From: Auanema rhodensis
Taxonomy: Eukaryota; Animalia; Nematoda
Length of the DNA: 64,000 nt
Assembly: GCA_964057225.1 (NCBI GenBank)
Contig: OZ059896.1
Span: 6,944,001 to 7,008,000 of the forward strand
Direction: 5' to 3'
How positions within the stretch are numbered: position 1 is the first letter of the stretch; each line of letters begins with the position of its first letter. Made by a program: the position numbers and the translations under genes. Below the pieces are notes generated by a model, which saw only the letters and a program-made list of their open reading frames with translations, did not search any database and was not told the DNA's origin. This document shows, piece after piece, positions 26,689-43,700 of the stretch.

Positions 26689-29600
26689 TTAAGAGAGGAA
26701 TGTTGGTGAAAGGACATTAGCAGCTAAGGCTGAATCAGTGAAAACAGATGGTGATAAGACTGATGGTGAAAGAATAGTACCTGAGAGAATAGTTGGTGAT
26801 AGTACATCTGGACATAATACAAATGGAGATAATATTAAAGGGGATAAAACATAAGGATTAATAACATTAGGAGCTAAAACATAAGGAGAAAAGACGTAAA
26901 CATTGAATACTGCAGCTGATAAGACGTTGGGTCCTAATACGTATGGGGAAAAGATAAGTGGATTACCGACCTGTTAAAAAATAAAAATAAATTATATCAT
27001 ATAATTAATAAAATTTTATTTTATTTTTTAATAAATTTGAACTTAAAACTATACCTGCGGAGATATAACTGGTGGAGAGATTAAAAGAGGGGATAAGATA
27101 TTAGGTGAGAAAATTGATGGTGACAAGGTAACAGGACCAAGAACAGATAACTGAAATAGAAGTATCATTAACTCAATTATTATCTGATTGAACTAAAACT
27201 TTTTAGTCTTAAAACTTTATAATATAAGTTATAAATTAAATATTTTAATATTTACCGTATTAACAGTTGGGGAAAAGGCATATGGAGATAATGTCACATG
27301 TTGGAAGTATACAGTAGCACGTTTAGAACGATTTGGTGACAACATATTATGAGGATCTCCCATTTTTCCATCAGCTATTAATCGAATTGTATTTCGAAGG
27401 CTTTCTTCTTTTTCAAATTCAGACATTTCTCCATAACGTTCCATATCAAATGGAAATTCATTTGATCTATTTAATAAAGCTGAAAAATAATTAGATAAAA
27501 GCTTAATATAGTTTTTATAATAATTACCATTTTCTCCATATAATTGTTGCATTTGTTCTTTTTCCAAAAATGAATATTTTCTATCTTCTAAATGTTTTTT
27601 CTGATGAGGATGAAGGGCATTCTCTAATTCTTTAAATGTTGTTTCTAATAAATTAGTTATATCTACAACATCTTTATCTAAATTAAGAGATTTTAATCCT
27701 TTTACAGATTTCATGGCTTCATCAACAGCATTATTAACACCTGTAAATATATAATTATTAATGAAAATATTTGATTATTTCCAATAAAAACCTGATAAAT
27801 CCATTACAAGTTCCATAATTGTATCACGATCTTTTTCATTCATTCCAGTACTTTCAAGAATAGTAGGTATTGGTAATATACTATTTTCACTATCATCCTT
27901 ATATAATGGGAAAAGATTTGGTGATAATAATTTTCTTAAATTATAAATAAATAAATAATTTTAAAAATAAAATATAAATACTCACTTGCTTGTTGAATAT
28001 TTGTCTGGCATAATTGGTAAAAAGCGAGGTGATAACATATTATAGTTTATATCTTTTGTATGTTTTGATACAGTATCTACAAGACCATAAAGCTTTTCAT
28101 CAGCCATACTTGGAACATCCGGCATAATATCACGGAATCTAAGATAAATATATCATATTAAAATATTTTTTTAAATATTAATTATATAAATACCTATCAG
28201 TAAATGTTTTTCGTGATCTTAATGGATTATTTTTTCCTACAACCATATCAAGCATACGATGTTTGAATTGACCATCATTATTCTTTTTTTCTACCATATC
28301 TTGAAGCTAAAAAAAATTAAATTATAAATTGGTTTTTTAATTATTATATTTATTTACCTCACGAATTTTTTTATAAGATTCTTTTAGTTTTAAAGTTTCT
28401 TGTACAGTTTCATTTCGAAGTGTTCCAACAACTGTAGAAATTAGATTTGTTACAGTCTAGAAAGAAAGAAATTAAGAATATTTTGTTTTCATTCAAAACA
28501 AAACATCAAAGTTCTTTTATTTTTTATTTATTTTTCTAGTTGCTTAGCTTCCGCATATTATTTGAATGTGTGAACATATTAATATTTTTAAAAAAATTAA
28601 TAATTTTAATTAAATAATATTTTTAAAATTAATTAATATAATTCAAAAATTTATTATACTCTGTTAATTACCTTGACTGGTGATTTATTATTTGATAATA
28701 AACTAGGCATGTGATCCATCTTAGTAACTCTGAATCCATGAGTTGTGTCACCTCGATCTAGTCTCTTGGCTTCCGCTACCATTTCCTCCTAAAATGATAA
28801 TATAATATAATAATAATTATATTATTTTAATAATATTACATTTGCATATAAGGATAGTATATTACGCTTAAATCTACGATGTCTAAACTTGTTAAAATCA
28901 ATTCGTATTGGAGTGCGTAAATTTGATTCATGTTGTTCACTGAAAAAAGGTAATGTTTAATGATTAATCTAAAATTGAAATAATAAATTTGAGAAGATAC
29001 GGTAGTGACATCTTCATTGACATGAAAATCATGTGACGTTCAATATCCATAGAAAGTGCACGATTTTTTAAAATCGAAATTTAGTTCATGATTAACAAAA
29101 AAAAGCGACATTTTGACGATATTTAGTGATAATACATATGTTAATTGGATTATTTTTAATTAATTAATAAACATAAATCAAGCATATTATCATTATTTAT
29201 ATAATAACAAATGTTTTAAATTAATAGTCATATCATATGAAGAACTGGAAGTTTGATTTATCAATAAAGTTTCGAACGGATAATTCTAGTCTTATCCTTC
29301 AAGCTAAATAAATTATTTATAGATATCTTGTCTCTTTCTTTGTTTCTGATGATCGGATTCGAAGCAGGAGTGATTGCTACGGATATATGAAAAGCACAAG
29401 TTCATTTCAAATGAATGAACTATCATGTTATTTCAAAAAGTGAACGTCATCGGCTGATGTTTCACTTGGCCGATTGACCCACTTCATCATTAGAAAGTAG
29501 ATATGTAGTCAATCTTCCTTTTTTTTTGTCATATCACGTAGAGCATTTCCATTGTTTCTCAATACTTTACATCCTGTAATTTCTTACAGGTTCGATATTA

Positions 29601-31099
29601 TTATTCTTTTCAAAAAAGTAAAAGGTTAGTTGTTTATATACATATGTATATCGTTTTTGTTTAAAAACTTGTAGAAATACATACAGTTGAATGATTATTA
29701 TAAGAAAAAAGACATACTGATACTTGGACTTGGAACGATGATGATGATCATCATGAGAATGACGATGATGTTTGGAACGTTTCCAAGGTTGTGATGAGAT
29801 AAACATGTAATGCATCGGATGTGACGTTAGTGGTACATGTGTTCTCAGTGCTTCTTGAGTCGTTGGATGTCGATAAGCATGTAAAGCTGGGTTAGAATAG
29901 ACAGTACGATTTAGAGAATTAAGCATAGGTGTCATTGCTTTTGAATTATTAATAATATTAGTTTGAGCATTGGTATGAGTTGGTGTAATAGTTGCTTGAC
30001 TTCGAATCTTGGACGTTAATAGGCGATGGTTAGATGCTTTTGATTTTCTGTGCCTAAAAGAAATCTTCTTTCCTTATTTTCTATATATGTATATCTACAT
30101 CTCTACATATATTTTACTATATAATTATTAATAAAAAAATATATTTACTTACAGTTTATGAACTTTAACTTTTCCAGAAGTCTTGTCAGAGTTCTCTTTC
30201 TGCCTTTCAGTTGCCATACCGTTATCGGTGCTGCTCAAGTTTTTTGGCTTCTTTTCGAGTGCGGTGTCCTTCGTCTTAGTTTTTTTGTGCGTTTTTGACC
30301 CAATACGGGATTCCTTCAATATTTTGTGAACTCTCTTCTCTGACATATCTTTCAAATATTTTTTAATTTTTCTTTTCTTCTCTTTTCGTTTAGAGTTTTG
30401 CATATAACTCTCAGGAGGGTAGTCTTTATCTACAAAGTCAAACTGCGGCGAGTTCACAGCATCTGGATATGACGATAACTGAAAAAAATATAAATGAATC
30501 TAGATTATTTCAAGAATGATGTCATATAATCACATAGTTTATTTATAAAGAAAAATATTAAAACTAAGTTAATCTTGTATTATCTTATAGAATTGACGGC
30601 TCAAGAAACATTTACTAACATACCAGCATGCCATCGAAGGCCTTGACCAAACAGTTGGCTCCCATCTGGAGGTCATGTTCTCGCTCAATTTTATTCATAC
30701 AAGCCACAAAAGCTTTCTTGTTTGCTCTAATTGTGAAATTGTATAAACTAATGATTAACATGAAATACCTATCCATTTTGCTATACATTTCCTTGCCCAT
30801 GGCTCCAATCAAGGCACTAACAGCTTGAACATACCAGCCAAAATGAAGCTGCTCAACTTTTTTGATTTCCTAGAAAATAAAATAAAAGAAGAAAAAATAA
30901 AATATTTATACCTTAGGAGTCATAGCAATTTTACTAAGTTTTTCATTTAATTCTTCTCTTTTATTATCTTTCATATGAGCATTTGCCGAAATTATTAAGA
31001 AAGTAACTAGAAAATATAAATTAAATGATATATACGATGTAAAAATTAGATAATACCTATAACAGTAAATAAAAAATATCTGAATATTGATGAAATCAT
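26689..31099 (-). CDS. MLT-10-like (mltn) moulting protein
   Basis: Signal peptide MISSIFRYFLFTVIVTFLIISANA; N-terminal HFGWYVQAVSALIG..CMNKI..ANCLV; LSPRFLPIMPDK, LLSPNLFPLYKDD; C-terminal LSPxxxSP repeats ending LSPTFLS*; ~16 exons. Confidence 0.88.
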
Positions 31100-34000
31100 G
31101 TTGAATAAGATGTAGCTCCTTGGAGCACTTGGAATCAAGAAGGACGGGGGTGAGGTAACACTTCAAGTAGATGTGTTGTAGTAGTCAGTAGTCAAAGTAT
31201 AAGCTTAAAAGAGTTAATTGTTGAATAGACAAATTTGGAACTATCGTTCGAACCTAGCCAATGACTACACGTATGAATGCAAACTTCTGGAAAAGATATT
31301 CTTCTTCTTCTCTCTCTTATTCTTCTTCCTTAGGGGCTAAATCGGGTTTCTCCCGCCTTTCGTGTCTCCTCCCACCCTCCTCGTTTGGGATGATTAGGAA
31401 AGGTGACGATGATAGACTTTTACTAAAGATATATCACCAATACCGTATTTCTCCTTTTGTCACTCTCGTTTCTGTTGTTAACAGTTGACGTTGTAACTAT
31501 TCTAGGTTGTATATCACAATTAATTACAGAAAAATGAAATTTATGAAGAAAATGAAGAGTAAATCAGTACAAAACTAAATATACATCTAAACTATAAATT
31601 AAAAATTATTTTATTAGAATATAAACAAATCAAAAAATAACAAGAATCATGATTTATGATATAAACATTGAAATAGTACTGTACGCTTTGAATATCATAT
31701 ATATCCAAAACGGAAACTATTTTTGAACTCGATTGAATAGAAGCATTGCTAATTTGGGTCAGAATAGATAATAAAAAATTTTTATTATCAAGCAGCATTG
31801 TGATAGTTTCAAATTGTTTCTATATAATCAAAATAGTGTTTATTATATCCAAACAATTTCTTATTTAATCTTATATAATAATATCAGCATAATTTTATAA
31901 AACTTTATAAAATTTTATAAAATTTGATAATAATATAAAAAATAAAAACAAGGTAATAATTGTTATTTAATAATATTATTAAATAATAATTATAATTATA
32001 TTTATAATTACGATTAAAATGGAATATTATATGATTTTAATATTTCAAAAAAAAAATAATTTTGATCTCAAATAAATTATTAAAAATGTAAATTTAATAT
32101 AATAAAATTATAAAAACTATAAAAATATTTCATTATATATGTATATATTCATTGGATAATGTTTCATTTTTCAATTGCAACTTTCTACAAATACATGTTT
32201 TGTATGTATACGGTAGCTAATGGGTGGATACAATTTGGTATTTTGAACCAATTGAAATGGTTTCTATTCAAAAGATAAAATCAAAATGAGAAAAAAAAAT
32301 ATTTTTTTTATAAGAAAATAAGAAAAATATGTTTTATGAAAAGAAAAAAAAAGAATTTCGCTTTAGTTTTCTTTATTTGTGCATATGGAAGTTGATCACA
32401 CTATATAGAAATTGAAAAAGCAAAAACAATAATCTACGCCAGAATTACATGCGAAAATTGGCCGGTATTCATTCCATTATATATGATCTTCCTCTTCAGG
32501 AATAAAGAAAAAACCAGAACATCTCATATGAATGAATGAGACTAGCTTTTGACCGATCAAAATGTACTTATTTTGAATTTGAAAATGGATTTAGAGATTA
32601 TAATTTGATAGTAAATTGAAAATTAATGATACAGATATATAAATCGTATAATATATCAATATCAATATATGTTATTAAATATAATATATTATTTATTATA
32701 ATAGAATAATAATAATAATATATTATTATAATTATTTTAATAAAACAATTTATTTAATTATTTATTGTTTTTTTAAGTTTTACAAGTTTTACTTTATAGT
32801 TCCAATGTTGCAAATTAATTCATTTTGCATTGATTGTATTCCAAGAATCAGATATCCAATACTGATAATTCAAAGTTCAAATTGTTCAAGAGTGAGCGAA
32901 AAAAGCTAAAATTTTCGCATTAGTGAGTTCAAACTTAAACAGCAGCATACGGTTTTTCTCTCGAAATCATTCTCACTTCTCTCTTTCTCAAAACTCTCAT
33001 AGCCTCTTTGTTTTAAATTTTCTTTTACCTCTCTATTATCTCTCAAATTTTCTTTTCCTTCATGCCTTTCTATCCCCTATATCTCTTAAATTTCTATAAT
33101 CACTTATACCTTCTGAAAACTATTTTAGCGGTCATTTTCCCGGGTTTTATGCAACGCTCACATAAACTTTATCTCGTACAAATTCATCAAATTTTACACA
33201 AAGAACTGTTCAACTAATTCAAAAAACATTACAACAAACAATCTTTTTTTTTTTTTTGTTTTTGACAAATTGAAACATTACCCAGGGGCAAGACTATTGA
33301 GTGGAGATCATGAATTGGTCAGATTGTCCTATGTTGAACATAAAGGTCGGCTGAACCGCCTGGCATCTGACCGGTCATACCTGGCTCAGATCGCTAGAAG
33401 GCCCCTTGTGTCGTCTTTTGACTTCATGCTGTCTCGAAGCAAGGTATAGGCAGTGAGAATGGACAAATGAATCGGAAATAGTAGATGATTATTAGAGTTC
33501 TTCCTCTGCCACTTTTCAAGAATAACAGCTTGCCAGCCTATGATCATTTTATCATTTAGTATTGTCACATTGATAGATCAAACAATATCAGATCTTATGA
33601 TATAGATTGAGAATCATAAAAAAGGAGTGAGATTATGACTGAGAGACATCTAGAAAGAAAGAGAAAAAGAATGAGAGAGAGGGAGGGAGAAAAAGAAAGG
33701 GAAAAAGAGAGAGAGAAAGAAATATAGACGATTTTAAAGACATTTAAAAACTTGATGAGTTCCATACTTATATGAAAATGCTCTGTTTCTTATTTTGATC
33801 TTCGTGATCATTAATTTTTACTTTTCGAATTTTTCCTTCCCATAAATGAAATCAATGAAAAGTCTTTTCATTAGATCTCATCTTTAGTTTTCTGAATCTC
33901 TCTCGTATTGTCATATATTCTCTGTATACCTATTCTCTTTAGCTTCCTATTGTCACCTGTAACAGCCTGATTGGTTTCATCATTTTCATCTAATTCTTTA

Positions 34001-35402
34001 GGCTTTTTTTCACTTCTTATCCTAAATTGAACATTTTTTTTTGTAATTTGCTTTGTGTTCAGCAACGTTCTTTTCATCTCTTACCTCGTCTTGTAATTAA
34101 ATTATATTATTTATCTTTTTATCCTTTCTATCAGTTTTTTCTCTCCTACTTTTAAAACTTTTTTTTGTATCTAAAACTTTTTTTAACATATATTGTCAAT
34201 ATATGAAATGGTTTTCCATGATCGTGTTGTTTCTTCAGTATCTTTGAATCGCATTCATATATACATTCTTCTAGACCAATTAGGTACGGTAACAGATAAA
34301 AGCAACAATCTTACGATATCTATCATTTTTTTTGCCACTTTTGTTCTTTTTAACGGTTTGCCCTAAATTTAAACTGGGATGACATACTGTAACTTAAACT
34401 GGATTATATTAAATTGTTGTCGTACTGTAATTGCTCACGAGTTTCAATGAAACATTGTCCTTATTTTTGTTTCAATAGATTATTTTCATTAATTATTTAA
34501 TTGAATTTAAAGATCATAAACATTACAGTTGATAAAATTTTTGTTTCTTGTACAATAATAATAATGTTTTAATTTTAAAAGTTAATTATTCCCAATACTA
34601 CCATATATGTATATACTTTGATTTTAAAAATTTTCTAACCCATAGTTTAATCTACCGTATTCATGTTATGTCCAATCTGTCACACGATTTCATAAAAAAA
34701 AAGAAAGAACTATTCTTATTAAATATTTTCTTATTACATATATATATATATATTATATTATATTGAATATGAATCATGTTGTAGCATGTATTAGTATTAT
34801 TTTGTACAAATTTTCAAAAGGAAAGTAAAAATCGATTTTTTAAAACGTAAAACATAATGGTTCACAAGCTCACAAAATTCATAGTTTGATAATATTGTGT
34901 AAAGTTGTAACCAATCAGGATCTATGTCTGGATTGGTGTATCGCGAACCCTACCAAAACTTGCCTTTTTATCTTAAAATGTTTTCTTTCATGAAGAAAAT
35001 ATTAAGTTTTAACCCAAATTTTAATTTAAAAGATAATATGAATAATCAAGATAGGCACTGTATTTTTCTTCATTTTACATGTGAAAAAGAACTTGAATAC
35101 TGTAGATAGAAAGTCTATTGACTACCAACCTTCAGTGTATACTATGGAACACTTCTTCGTTTTTTTCATATTTGTACAAATATTTTTTCATAAAAAATCG
35201 TTATTTCCAGAAAATTAAAATAACTTTATTAGCTTAATTTTGAAAAATAATTTAAATGTATATGTTAATACTTAAATATACATATTTTAAAATCATATCA
35301 TAATCATATAAAGGGAATATCACAGACTTAGATTAGGTCATTTTATATGATATGATAAAAAATTAAATTATATCACAACATTTAACTTTTAATCTCAAAC
35401 AG

Positions 35403-37580
<2,178 letters not shown>

Positions 37581-39140
37581 TTGACCTCTACAATTAATTT
37601 AAATTGATTGAAAACATATGAGGAAACGATAAAGTAATATTGTAGAACGATAACGCAAAATAACAATTTGCAAGAGTGATCAAAATTTGAAAGGTAATGC
37701 TAATAGAGTATGGATATTTGTATAGACTTTGAACGATCAAACACGTACGAGTCTAATCGTAAGTTATTCATATCTAATTTGAAAATATACAATTTTAAAA
37801 TTTAATTAACAAGAAATGTCACAAGGTAAAATTAGATAAGTGTTCTGATGGTTCAGGTTAGAATAACCTATTTATAGAATAAAAGGAGGTGCACGTGGAT
37901 TAAAGAGGACTTTAAAAAGATCTTTCGATGAGATATTCCAGACATGAACCCTTTTCAAACGTGTAATTCCTAACATCCAATAACAACATGTCAATTCATA
38001 CTAACAGATAGATATGAAGTTCGCCGAAATATACAAATATATCCAAGAATAAAATTGAAAAGCATTATAATTCGATATGAATGGTAAAAATCGAATATGA
38101 AGTCTTCATATCGTTGAAAAAGTCAATTACAAGAACACCCAAATAGAAATGTTAAAAAAATTGTAGAAACTCATTTTCATCGAAATGAAAAATAATTGTA
38201 AAGAAAAACCTAAGTATAATACAAGTGTCTTTGCTCAAACCACAGCTGGATAAACGTTGTGAATAGCATATTGATATTAAAATATATCTCTATAACTATT
38301 GAAGAATGAGAAGCATGTAACAAACTACTATCGATCATATATTCCAATGTTCCTTTCCCTCTACTTTTCTTTGTTGCTCTCTGTAACTTGTATTCTCTCT
38401 CTCTCTTTTTCACAATATGGTTCATGACCGTTAGTGATTACGAGCTGCTGTTGTTGCTGGGCAAATATTAATCATTACAATAGGAATGATACGTGGCTTC
38501 ATAGTATAGTCACGCCCTTCCCATGATGATAATAATACAAACGTTTCTCTGACTCAATAGCGAAGCTGGGATGGCACTGCTGATTATTTTGAAATCGTTC
38601 GAGTGCACAAAAGTTGGTAATGAATATTTTTTTCTCAATTGTAGAAGAAATTTAACTAACCTTTCAGTCCGAAGAGTCCGAGTAAGTTTACGTGGAATAA
38701 CGTGGAAATCTATTGTACGAACGTGGCAAGAATTAGATTGAGCAGACCTATAAGAACGAAAAAAATCAATAGTTGCCCCAACAACCAACCTCTTCAACAG
38801 CCCACCAGACGGAGCCTAACAGCTGGTCCTGTATCCTCTCGGTCAGCGTTCACTGAGAAAAAAGGGCTTCCATTGGACATATCGGTCAAATAGAAAACAA
38901 CATGTAATATACTGAAAATAGTATTTCTGGCATACTAAAAGTCAGATAGAAGCATTATTATGGGTAACACATGAAGAATTCATTCAAAAGTTGTTATAAA
39001 AATATACAAATTATCCTTTTCAGATATCCACCAATTTGAAAAAATTATAAAATAAATTTGGGTACAAACAAATATTCGATTATAAGAGACTGTGGCAAGA
39101 AGATTGTTATGTAGACAAAATGAATAAATGGATAATAATT

Positions 39141-40389
39141 CTACGAAGACAATGTCTTAAACAAAGTGAAGAGATTGATTTCTTGTCCACTAGTATGGAT
39201 GAAGTTTATTTTACCAAGTTGGTAAAGAGCTATAATTATGGAAGTATTCTTGTAGTCAGTACTCAGTTTTTGTATATTCAATGGACCGTTAGAAGCACTG
39301 AAATTCATGTTGAGAACGATATCTTAGCATTACTTACTCAAAACATATTACTCTATAAGTGGGTTCCAAGGGAGAATGAAATGAGTAAGTTGTTGGGTAC
39401 AACTCAAAATCAATTTCACTGTATTTTCTTACGTCATTTCCATTACTAAACAGGGTCATTAGATAAGTGCTAAAGATAAGAATACCCGCGAGCTGTATAA
39501 CTTTTTTTGTAACGGTTCTTCCTGTTTAATGTCATATTTTTCAACAATATGAATTCTTTCCAGTTTTTTGCTTCAATAATCTTTCCTAGTTCCGGCATAT
39601 ATTGAGGGCGACAGGGTGCAAGCCTATTAGAATCCTATAAACATCTTCTTATATCTTATGAGCTGTACTCTTCACAAACTCTTGTGAATTGTAACACAGA
39701 AAGATGAGGTGGTTGTAAATCGTTGCAAATACCAGGAGTCAAAGTATTCAACCCTATGAAAGGCAAATGTAACCCATTCTTATCCAAAGATGGAAAACAA
39801 TCCAAAAGATGTGCTCTTGAATCTTTTTCAACAATTGTTGGCTTAGAGTCATTCCTTGATAATTTTGACGCTGCTTCCTTGCGGCTGTAGATAAAGTCAT
39901 TTAGATCGAAAAGCCGATTTTGGCAAACTTCGGTCGGACTACAACGAATCCCGACTTTTTCAAAGTTGCGTAGATCAGATATTTGAAATGGGGAACTTTT
40001 TTTTCTTCTAAAATGCGATAAGCTTCCAAAACAGTCAAAGGTCTGTCATTGGCGAATATGACAGCACTGCAAGTCTAAACTACGAACGTTCCCATAATAT
40101 TCCCTTTATAAAAACTTCTAATAAATATACAGCTTCTTCAGGCCAGAGGAAATGTTCTCCATTACTTCGAGGAAGCCCCATTGTAGCTAAATAGGACTTC
40201 TGCAACATTTATCTATTGTTATGCGATTTTTTTCTTATTAACTCTTACGCATTTTCGAGCAACTTTTAAATTCGGATATCGTCTATCATAATTTAAAGCC
40301 AACAAGTTGCTTCTGAAAAATTGTTTTTTTTTGGTATTAAATCAATAGTATTACTTGCTTCGAGATCTTGACTGATATTCTTCACTCAT
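39141..40389 (-). CDS. tsen-54: tRNA-splicing endonuclease subunit Sen54-like
   Basis: Spliced MSEGISVKISKSNLLAL..YLATMGLPRSNGEHFLWPEEAVYLLE..LTVLEAY..YLIYATLKKSGFVVVRP (Sen54 N-terminal motifs); not present in the ORF track. Confidence 0.78.
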
Positions 40390-40739
40390 AAAGGACTTTA
40401 TAGAAAATAATGTTTATTTGGGTAGATGTTTACTAAAGCGATATACAACAGGGAATTGCACCTTCAAATACCTTTAAAATGATATAACTGGGAAAATAAA
40501 ATAATTTATTATAGCTAAAATAATTATTTAGAGCAAAGAAGAAATCACAACTTTATAACCGAACCATAAAGGACTCGTACGCGATGCGAATTGAGATGTG
40601 TTAATAGAAAATAAGCATATCAAACATCACCAGGATACATATCACATAACTGTCACTAACAAAAAGAGTTTTTGATAAAGCTATCAAATGGCTTGTATAA
40701 TAGAGCTTAGAAACCGTATAAAAAACAAAAATTAGTTTA

Positions 40740-43700
40740 CTAAATGAGATCTAAAGGCAAAAAGATTTTTCTACATGCACGCAAAACTGGTTTTTGTGGC
40801 AAATCGTAGAATGGCAATAAATTCCGAATTCGTACAGGAAGATGTTCAAACTCAAGTGGATACTGCACATCCAAGTTATCTCTTAGCAGCCCTCGCCCGA
40901 AACAGTCTAAGCTTGCAAAAAGTACATCGCTAAAAAAAAATAGAAAAATATTATCTGCTAATCACGGATTACCGGAATACAGGAAAATGTGGGGCTAAGA
41001 TGACTCGCCCATTTTGAGTAACTCTGTAGTTATTGATAAGCACTTGAAGAGCACTGAATAATTTATTATCTTGAACAGCTTTCGTTACATTCTGCCACAT
41101 TTCTGCTGTACGTGTACTGGATTTACCCTCACCGAACTGAAAATTTAAACTTAAGAACTTAAAAGATGATATCGTAACTATCACTTACATAATTATTTGG
41201 ATTAGAAAAATATAAAGGCAAAATATCAGTATGTTGCCAAGGTCGATCATAAACACAACGAATGTGATGTCGAGGCGATATCCAACTAAAGAAACAAGTA
41301 AGAGCAAAGAAAAAAATTTGAAAAAATTTACTTGAACATATGTGATGGCAAATTCAATCTTCTCATATAGTATACGAAATTCCAGAAAACTATTGGATGG
41401 CTTTCCATCAATTCTTTTCCCTGAATATTGCCAGTATAAACGTGATGTGTATCATCAAAGTACCTTCAAAGCATACAAATCAGATGCAAGCAACGACTCA
41501 AGCTCTCTTCGTAGTACGAGAGGACTCACAAAGGCTACGGATAAAGGTTCAGGCTTTTCGGGTAATTGAGCAGCCTTATCAGCCTGAAATATCATTGAGA
41601 AGAGAAACCAAACCCAGAAAAACCTCAGAATCAGATTTTAGCCCTCCCGGTTGGTACCAGCTTCCATCTGGAGCACATTTCCAATTAAACTCTATGGAAA
41701 GTCGAGGAACAAATTCTGCATTGCTTGGATCCTTGTCATAACAGTACGGGCAGGTGCTATTCATATTTTGATCATCAACCTGGAATAAAACACAACACTA
41801 GGTTTTCAAAATGTTCATATTTTACCTTCCAACCACCCATAATTTCCTCATCATAAACGATTCTACGACAATTCGAGCAAGGGGAACTAGAGCATATGGT
41901 AACTTCTAAGACATCAGAATTAACTGGGTATGTAGCAGGTGATTCGGTAGAATCCTTAGCTTTGGTTCTTTCTTCATTTCTTTTCATTTGCAGATAAACC
42001 TAAAAAAATTTAAAAAATCATTGCAAAAAATAAAACTGTGGACCTCAGAAAGCCACCAATGTTCCGACAATAATGCTCCACTAGATCCTTTATCAAGTTG
42101 GAATGCAGGATCAGTAACATCCACGTCCTGCTGTGTTCCTTCAGTCTAGAATAAATTTATGGAAACATATCAAGGATTTTTCTTACATGATCTTCCCCAA
42201 ACAATGCACTACTATTTAAACTTCGTACTTCATGAACTAAAGAGGACATGCCGAGCTTGAACTTTGAGGAAACTCCTAAATATTTTTTAGATTTGCAAAC
42301 CTAAAGAAATATTTAATACCTTCTTTTATAACGTCATCATAGCCTTTCTTAACATGATTAACAATAGCATGGAGGCTAGGACTTACAGACACTGACGAGC
42401 CTTCCAAAGAAGCATTGTCGAGTGATTTTGGACTTTCTAAAAAATAAAATGTTTTCGCAAAAAAAAAGCATAAGTAAATACCAAAAGTTTGACTTCTCAT
42501 TATTTTCATAAGCATTGGACTATTTGTAATGCCTTTAAACCAACTTCCGGATCTTCCCGTCTGAAAAAAAGATGCAATGAGTGCTTGAAGTTTACTTTAC
42601 CTTAGATGTACTCTTCGGAGTTTCATCGTTAGCGAATGGAGAAGCAGCATGTTCTGCTAAAAATTTGGCTCTGCTTGGACTCATTGTAGCTTGTATAGCC
42701 TAACAGTATGAATAAAAAATTTTAATTTAATTCAAATATATTTTACATACTTTCTCTTCTTCGGCTTTACCAGATAAAGCTCCTAACGGATCCATTTCAG
42801 TAGGTTCACCCGCGACATTTGTTTGGGAATTCAGTGTTTGTAATTCCGAAAGCTGAATCAAAGTCAAGTAAATATATTAACACAAGTAAGCAAACCACAT
42901 CACTGCCTTCATACGATGAATTATCCAACGGCTCATATGATATTGTATATGGCACATTCTACAAAAATATAATAAACATTATATAGTTCTAACACTTACA
43001 TCAATAGAAGCTTGAGCAGCAGTATCACTACTTTTAATTGATTGATTATCTGGAGTGTTTTTATTTTGCAATACAAAATCTTTTTTTAGCTTTCTGATGA
43101 CAAGAATCACTAATCTGAAATACAAAAAAAACTTGAAATAAGTTCTATTATTGATATTTTTACCGAAGCTTCCCCCAGGCTTGTATCGCTTTTTGTCTAG
43201 CCTCAGTTGGCCACTGTGCATTAATAACAGCTCTATGATATATTCCATATGTTACTGCATTTTGTTCTAAACCAGCCCGTTGCATAGCCTGAAGAAGACA
43301 CGTTAATGTCATCCTAGGACTCTGAAGCTTACGTGTAGAACTTTTACAGCCATCATAGGTTCTTCATATTCACCACAGAGTTCAATAAGAATGCGATAAC
43401 AAACTTGGTCAAGAAGTTGAACACCTGATTGCTCAATGCGATCCAATACCTTTAATAATTGCGACGCTATATTAAATTGAAACATTTCTTACATGGAAAG
43501 CTAAACGAAGAATTTTCCTTTTATTTGGAGCAACCGATAGAAGACTAGGTAGTTGCATGAACCACAATGAATATGAATAGAATAGTAAAATCTTAGGCCA
43601 GTACAAAGGATTAGTTCGAACAGCATTTGTTGCAGCTAAGTTTGAAGATCGTGTTTCAGGTTTTGTTCGTACGGCTGAGCATCTTGATAATTCTAAAATT

